IMG/VR virus record: IMGVR_UViG_3300027963_000039
Strand: one strand, 5' to 3'
DNA: 64,000 nt
DNA from: a virus
Below, piece after piece: positions 58,757 through 64,000 of the stretch. The notes below the pieces were generated by a model, which had not been told where the DNA came from, made no database searches, and saw only the letters and a program-made list of their open reading frames with translations. The position numbers were made by a program, and so were the translations under genes. Numbering within the stretch: position 1 is the first letter of the stretch; each line of letters begins with the position of its first letter.

Positions 58757-59245
58757 ATGAAAAAGTTTAGACTTATTCCATATCATCATGACGAAAATTA
58801 TTTTGAAATTATTGAAGAACTTATATTTGAACACGAATACGCTTTTGAAATTACCGATCCTACATCGGTATTAGTGACATCAGAAGATTTTGGTCTCAAT
58901 GATGTTGTTGACAATTCGGGAAAATTGGTTCAAAAGGCCGAAAAACCCGAACCAACTCCAGAAACATGGACTCCAGAATCTGAAAAATTTGAAAATGTTT
59001 TATCCGAAGAAGATAAACAAAAAAAGTTAATATCTTTACAAGAACAAATAACACTCACTCAAATATTGGTTGATAGGTATACTACCAAATTAGCTAAATT
59101 TGCAAATAATGAGACTGTTCAAGTTAATGCTGAAGAAATTAAAAATGCTACTAAAGAAGAACAAATTTCTTGGTATACGGAAGAACTAAAAAAAGCGCAA
59201 GATATTATTGAAAAAGCTAACGAAGAAATTAGTTCATTGAATTGA
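58757..59245 (+). CDS. acidic hypothetical protein, possible fibre assembly chaperone
   Basis: E-rich with coiled-coil C-terminus; directly after the Gly-rich tip gene. Confidence 0.55.
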   Translation: MKKFRLIPYHHDENYFEIIEELIFEHEYAFEITDPTSVLVTSEDFGLNDVVDNSGKLVQKAEKPEPTPETWTPESEKFENVLSEEDKQKKLISLQEQITLTQILVDRYTTKLAKFANNETVQVNAEEIKNATKEEQISWYTEELKKAQDIIEKANEEISSLN

Positions 59246-59271
59246 TTTAATAATTTTTAACTGAGGATACT

Positions 59272-60024
59272 ATGAATACAACTGAAATTATATTAGATGA
59301 AGATTTAAAAAATCATTTGTTTATTGCATCTACGGAGACTACAGGGGCGGACTACTTGAATTCTTGTTTTCAGAAATGTAAAGACGTTTCTGTTTTAGAG
59401 AAAGATCAAGAGCTCTTGTTTTCTCCGTCTTTTTATGTGCCTCCTGTTTTTGAGGATCCAAACTTTTTTATAAAAGAAAGAGAATTACTTGAAACAGGAA
59501 GTGATATTGTATGGACAAATAACAACCTTCAATTGGACTTGAATTGGCAAAAACAAAATAGTAAAGCAAAATTGAGAGTTGGAAAATCAATCTACAATTT
59601 TCTTAGACCACACATACTGCTTGATTATTTTACAAATACTGGATTTCTAATAGTAACCAAAAATCCTTATGCTTTAATTCAAGATTACTTAACATTAGCA
59701 CCTTTACTTGAGTTTGACATAGACAATCTTGCCGAACATGTCTTACAAGGCCTTATAATCCAACAAAAAAATAATTATCTATTAGGTAATAATTTTGCTT
59801 TCACTTATGAAGATATGGTTAGCAAACCAAAATGGGTAGAAGAAAAGATCAAAGAAAAGTATGGTATTGAAGATTTTAAATTCCATTTTGAAGAAAAAAT
59901 ATCAAACAAAGAACAGATTGAAAAATTTACGGATGCTCAAATTGATTTAATCAACGATGTTTTCATCAAGGCTAAAGACGCTTTAGAATATTGGGGATAC
60001 GATTTAGTAAAGAGAGAAGATTAG
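59272..60024 (+). CDS. sulfotransferase-fold protein with degenerate PAPS motifs
   Basis: HLFIASTETTGADYL, VTKNPYA, FTYEDMVSKP, L..WGY pattern. Confidence 0.5.
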   Translation: MNTTEIILDEDLKNHLFIASTETTGADYLNSCFQKCKDVSVLEKDQELLFSPSFYVPPVFEDPNFFIKERELLETGSDIVWTNNNLQLDLNWQKQNSKAKLRVGKSIYNFLRPHILLDYFTNTGFLIVTKNPYALIQDYLTLAPLLEFDIDNLAEHVLQGLIIQQKNNYLLGNNFAFTYEDMVSKPKWVEEKIKEKYGIEDFKFHFEEKISNKEQIEKFTDAQIDLINDVFIKAKDALEYWGYDLVKRED

Positions 60025-60044
60025 GCAATTTTGTTATAAGTTGA

Positions 60045-60073
60045 TTGACAAAATTATGTTTTTATTGTAAAAT
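60045..60073 (+). promoter_or_regulatory. sigma70-type promoter for the glycosyltransferase-carbamoyltransferase pair
   Basis: TTGACA-17 nt-TAAAAT. Confidence 0.65.
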
Positions 60074-60099
60074 TGAATATTTAATTCTGAGGAAATATT

Positions 60100-61032
60100 A
60101 TGTCTTATACTGTTTTTATTATTGATGGTGGTGCAGGTCGAGCGATTGCTGCTATTCCTGCACTTATAAAATACCATTATAAAAACCCTAATGATGATTT
60201 TAAGATTCTTGTGCATGGATGGGATACACTATATTGGGGTATTCCTGAACTGCAAGACAGAACTTTTAATCCAGAAAACAAAGGCACGTTCGAGAATATC
60301 GTTCTCAACTGTAACCGTGTCGTAACTCCAGAACCTTACAAACTCCCATCCTATTTTAAACAAAAGAAGTCTCTAGGTGAGGCTTTCGATGAAACCATCA
60401 ATGAAACAGATGATCATTCCGATTTGGATAAACCAACTATGGTTACAACCAAGATGGAAGAAAAGATGGCAGCTAATATCATTTCTGAGGTTAAAAACAA
60501 ACAGAAAAAAGAACTCACGATTGTCATTCAACCTTATGGACGTGGCGCCAAGGTTGATAATGGCCATGTGATTGATGAAGCTTCACGTTCTTTAGATCCA
60601 GATGCATATCTGTTGTTAGCTAAAAAATTAGCTACGAAGTATAACCTCATCTATTTTGGAGAAAGACAGTTCGCCATAGAACAAGATACATATACACATA
60701 AGATGGAAATGGACTTGAGAGGTTGGGCATCAGTCATTCAATCATCAGATTATTTTGTTGGTTGTGATTCGGTTGGACAATACATGGCAAGATGTTTTAA
60801 TAAACCGGGAACCGTAATTTTTGGTTCAACATTCCCAATCAACACATCTTTTCCTGATCATTTCCAAATTATTGAAAAACCAGGAATCAAAAAATATTCA
60901 CCTATTCGTTTAGTTGGTCTTGATTGCCATCTTGCAGATAGAATGAATGATACTCTAATGGATTTTACAGACGATGAAATTCATGATATCTTTTTGAAAA
61001 TTGTTAAAGACATTGAAAACAAGGTGAAATAA
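60100..61032 (+). CDS. GT9-like (ADP-heptose transferase fold) glycosyltransferase
   Basis: IDGGAGRAIAAIPAL...NP N-terminus and DLRGWASVI..SDYFVGCDS...A....PGTVIFGST.P C-terminus. Confidence 0.7.
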   Translation: MSYTVFIIDGGAGRAIAAIPALIKYHYKNPNDDFKILVHGWDTLYWGIPELQDRTFNPENKGTFENIVLNCNRVVTPEPYKLPSYFKQKKSLGEAFDETINETDDHSDLDKPTMVTTKMEEKMAANIISEVKNKQKKELTIVIQPYGRGAKVDNGHVIDEASRSLDPDAYLLLAKKLATKYNLIYFGERQFAIEQDTYTHKMEMDLRGWASVIQSSDYFVGCDSVGQYMARCFNKPGTVIFGSTFPINTSFPDHFQIIEKPGIKKYSPIRLVGLDCHLADRMNDTLMDFTDDEIHDIFLKIVKDIENKVK

Positions 61033-62741
61033 TGAACGTATTAGGAATAAATCCAGGACACAATGGTTCTGCAGCATTAGTCTCTGACAATAAACTTATG
61101 TTTTATGTTGAGGAAGAACGGTTAAGTCGTAACAAATATGATGGTAATCCTTTCCTTGGCATCATGCAGATTATGGAAGATTACCCACTAGATAGAATCA
61201 TTATTGGTGGAACAGGCCAAAAAGAATCTTTGGGTACTTTGCCTTGGACAGGAGAAGATCCTTTTACATCATTAATTAGAAAAAAATTAAATACGAATGG
61301 TATCGATGTGATGTACGCAGGCGAAAGTCACCACGTTGGCCATGCAGCATTATCTTTTTACAATTCAGGTTTCGATAAAGCAATTTCTATTGTAGTTGAT
61401 GGATGTGGATCTTTTACAGTAAATAAAGAAAATGGTCTTTGTGGATTTGAAACAGATACAGTTTTTGTTTGTGAATATCCTAATAAGTTTGAGTTATTGA
61501 GTAAGAAACTATGTTATACTCCCCAACAAAACTCTATGGAATACTTTGACGGTACCTCAGAATATAGTGTGGGTGCTCCTACAGTTAAGGTTTATGAAGG
61601 CGTTACAGATTATTTGGGTTTTGGTTTTATTGAAGCTGGTAAAACAATGGGTCTAGCACCGTACGGCAAACCAGATGAAAATATTCCACAGTTATACATC
61701 AATGGTCGTGGCAACCAAAACGTATTCATGCCTTTGTATCCTGCTGGAACAAGAATCAACCAGTTACTTAACCCATACCTAAGACAAACTTTTGATCCAA
61801 AAGAATGGCACAGAGATCCAGAAAAGATCCCACAAGTATCCAAAAACTTGGCATACGCAGTTCAAAAAGAATCTCAAGAATTGGTTTTAGAAGCAATCAA
61901 AAAAGCAATCAAACTAACAGGTATCAAAAAAGTTTGTATCTCTGGTGGTTACGGACTAAATTGTACTGCCAATTACTTCTTTAGAAAGAGTCTTCCATCT
62001 GATGTTGAACTTTGGTGTGAACCAATTTCTCATGATGGTGGTACTTCTATTGGTTTGGCTATGATTGCTTGTAGAAACGAAACACAATCATCTGACGTTT
62101 ACAAATCAAAATCAATTTATCTAGGTAAACAATACGATCCATCAACTTATTTAACTGATGTAAACGAAGATGAATTTGAAATTGAATCTGTAGAACCTAA
62201 AGATGTTGCCAAATTAATTTCAGACAGAAATATTGTTGCACTTTTCCAAGGCCGTGCTGAAGCAGGTCCTAGAGCTCTAGGTAACAGGTCAATTCTTTAT
62301 GATCCAAGAGATCCAGACGGCAAACAATTTGTAAATATTGTGAAAGGTCGTGAATGGTTTAGGCCTTTTGCAGGTTCTATGCTTAAAGAAGATGCTAAAC
62401 ATTGGTTCGATATGGCCGGAATGGAAGAATCTCCATTTATGATGTATGCTATTGATGTACAGTCTGACAAAGCACATCTGATTCCTTCTATCATTCATGT
62501 CGATGACACATGCCGTATTCAGACTGTTACAAAAGAACAGAATGAACACTATTACAATTTGATTAGTGAGTTTAAGAATATCACGGGTGTTCCAATCGTG
62601 TTCAATACAAGCTTTAATCTTGCAGGTGAACCATTGGTAGAAACTATCAAAGATGCGTTACACACACTCAGAAGTTCTAAGATGAACTATCTGTATCTAC
62701 CAGAGGTTGGAAAACTTCTGACTAAGAAGGTAAAGAGTTAA
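61032..62741 (+). CDS. O-carbamoyltransferase (NodU/CmcH/TobZ family)
   Basis: EEERLSR.K, HHVGHA, VDGCG, GKTMGLAPYG, SGGYGLNC, GPRALGNRSIL, REWFRPFA, NTSFNLAGEP. Confidence 0.92.
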   Translation: MNVLGINPGHNGSAALVSDNKLMFYVEEERLSRNKYDGNPFLGIMQIMEDYPLDRIIIGGTGQKESLGTLPWTGEDPFTSLIRKKLNTNGIDVMYAGESHHVGHAALSFYNSGFDKAISIVVDGCGSFTVNKENGLCGFETDTVFVCEYPNKFELLSKKLCYTPQQNSMEYFDGTSEYSVGAPTVKVYEGVTDYLGFGFIEAGKTMGLAPYGKPDENIPQLYINGRGNQNVFMPLYPAGTRINQLLNPYLRQTFDPKEWHRDPEKIPQVSKNLAYAVQKESQELVLEAIKKAIKLTGIKKVCISGGYGLNCTANYFFRKSLPSDVELWCEPISHDGGTSIGLAMIACRNETQSSDVYKSKSIYLGKQYDPSTYLTDVNEDEFEIESVEPKDVAKLISDRNIVALFQGRAEAGPRALGNRSILYDPRDPDGKQFVNIVKGREWFRPFAGSMLKEDAKHWFDMAGMEESPFMMYAIDVQSDKAHLIPSIIHVDDTCRIQTVTKEQNEHYYNLISEFKNITGVPIVFNTSFNLAGEPLVETIKDALHTLRSSKMNYLYLPEVGKLLTKKVKS

Positions 62742-63345
62742 CAAACTCTAATAAATTTTGAAAGGTTTTGGTTCTCATTCTCAATTCTCGATTGGCGAAT
62801 GAGTCCAACTTTTCTAAAGTTTCTTGATAGATACCAGTCTTGACTAAAACAGGTACGCAACCTAAAGAGTTTCCAGCTTTAAGGTTGCGTATTTTATTTC
62901 CGACAAAATAACCACCTTTAAATTTTATTCTTTGTTCTTTTTCGGCTTTCTTCATCATGCCAGTATTTGGCATAGAGTAGATATCCTGTTTCATATTGGT
63001 AGTTGAGTACAGTACACCATCAATATTTTGTATTCCGTACTCACCAAATATTTCCATCATACGCATATTTGTACGGTCAACATCATCTACAGTCAATATT
63101 CCCTCACTAATTAGTGGTTCATTGAAGAAAATAGAAACCTTATAACCTTTAAGACGTAAAAGTTTAATGGCTTCTAAAGAACCTTCAACTGGAACAACAT
63201 CATCTGGAGTCTTTATTTGACCATCACGCAATATTACACCGGTTCGTTCAATAGCAACAACGCCAGTATTAAAAACTTCTGGCCAAGGTTCTAAATTCTT
63301 AAATCCTGAAACAGTTGCAATTTTGTTATCGTATCTTCCCATCAT
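62722..63345 (-). CDS. GmhB/HisB-like HAD IIIA protein with substituted catalytic residues
   Basis: AIERTGVI, GSLEAIKLL...GY, PNTGMM, FVGNKIRNLKAG..LG..PVLVKTG. Confidence 0.7.
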   Translation of the reverse strand: MMGRYDNKIATVSGFKNLEPWPEVFNTGVVAIERTGVILRDGQIKTPDDVVPVEGSLEAIKLLRLKGYKVSIFFNEPLISEGILTVDDVDRTNMRMMEIFGEYGIQNIDGVLYSTTNMKQDIYSMPNTGMMKKAEKEQRIKFKGGYFVGNKIRNLKAGNSLGCVPVLVKTGIYQETLEKLDSFANRELRMRTKTFQNLLEFVNSLPS

Positions 63346-63434
63346 TATTCCTTAAACATAAATAGTCCATTACCTCTCATTGTATTATATATTGATCTAA
63401 AAAGTCAAATAAATACTAACAAAATGGAATCAAC

Positions 63435-64000
63435 ATGGCCACAATTACCACTAGAGTTGCTTTTAAAGAATATTGTTTACGCAGATTAGGTTTTCCAGTC
63501 ATCGATATTAACGTGGATGATGACCAAGTGGAAGACCGAATTGATGATGCCTTACAGTACTGGCAAGATTACCATTTTGATGGTCTACAAAAGGTCTATT
63601 ACATCAAAAGAGTGGAACAAACCGATGTTAACCAAAAGTATATAGATTTAAGCAATGTTACCGACAGTTCAAATAACGCACTAGAGATTGTTGGTATATC
63701 ACGTATATTTCCAATTCAAGATTCTCAGGCAACTATTAATATGTTTGACCTTAGATATCAACTAAGATTAAACGAATTGTATGACTTCACATCAGCGTCC
63801 TACATCAACTACACACTAACACAACAGCATCTACGTTCATTGGAGTTAATGTTTACTGGAGAAGTTCCTATTCGATTCCAAAGACATATGCGTAGGTTGT
63901 ACATAGATTGGGCCTGGGGTTCATCACAATCACCAGTTGGTACTGTGGTAGTTGCCGAAGCTTATGCAAATATCGACCCTACGGTATACACCAGAGTTTG
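63435..64000 (+). CDS. gp13: neck protein, 3'-truncated by the window edge
   Basis: MATITTRVAFKEYCLRRLGFPVIDINVDDDQVEDRIDDALQYWQDYHFDG...MFDLRYQLRLN. Confidence 0.9.
   Translation, partial: MATITTRVAFKEYCLRRLGFPVIDINVDDDQVEDRIDDALQYWQDYHFDGLQKVYYIKRVEQTDVNQKYIDLSNVTDSSNNALEIVGISRIFPIQDSQATINMFDLRYQLRLNELYDFTSASYINYTLTQQHLRSLELMFTGEVPIRFQRHMRRLYIDWAWGSSQSPVGTVVVAEAYANIDPTVYTRV

Noticed and set aside
1-64000. Integrase, transposase, homing endonuclease, intron or intein
   Set aside because: No such motifs recognised, and core genes are uninterrupted apart from the fissions noted

Overview
A 64-kb segment of an AT-rich, T4-like (myovirus) bacteriophage genome in the standard genetic code. A Bug/TctC gene and a two-piece tmRNA point to a betaproteobacterial host (inference). 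1-19.2 kb (+): early/middle accessory and replication genes (CobS-like AAA+, many small ORFs, metallophosphoesterase, DEDDh exonuclease, GalE-like epimerase, Bug/TctC, two 2OG-Fe(II) oxygenases, DenV-like glycosylase, nucleases, a circularly permuted tmRNA, SleB hydrolase, gp33, gp59, gp32, a DUF401-like permease and an outer-membrane beta-barrel). 19.3-25.3 kb (-): two paralogous tape-measure-like genes, gp51, gp26, a tube-like protein, gp2 and gp4. 25.4-59.2 kb (+): baseplate and tail-fibre module (gp48, 53, 27-like, split gp5, 25, 6, 7, 8, split VrlC-like, many fibres, a 37-Cys Gly-rich protein). 59.3-63.3 kb: modification-enzyme cluster (sulfotransferase-fold protein, GT9-like glycosyltransferase, O-carbamoyltransferase, catalytically degenerate GmhB-like HAD), then the start of gp13. 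Strongest leads: (1) a candidate virion cysteine S-glycosylation/carbamoylation system; (2) a -1 frameshift signal joining gp26 and gp51, like lambda G/GT; (3) a phage-encoded two-piece tmRNA; (4) an early gene array with conserved junctions that suggest cassette shuffling. All family assignments come from motif recognition, not database searches.
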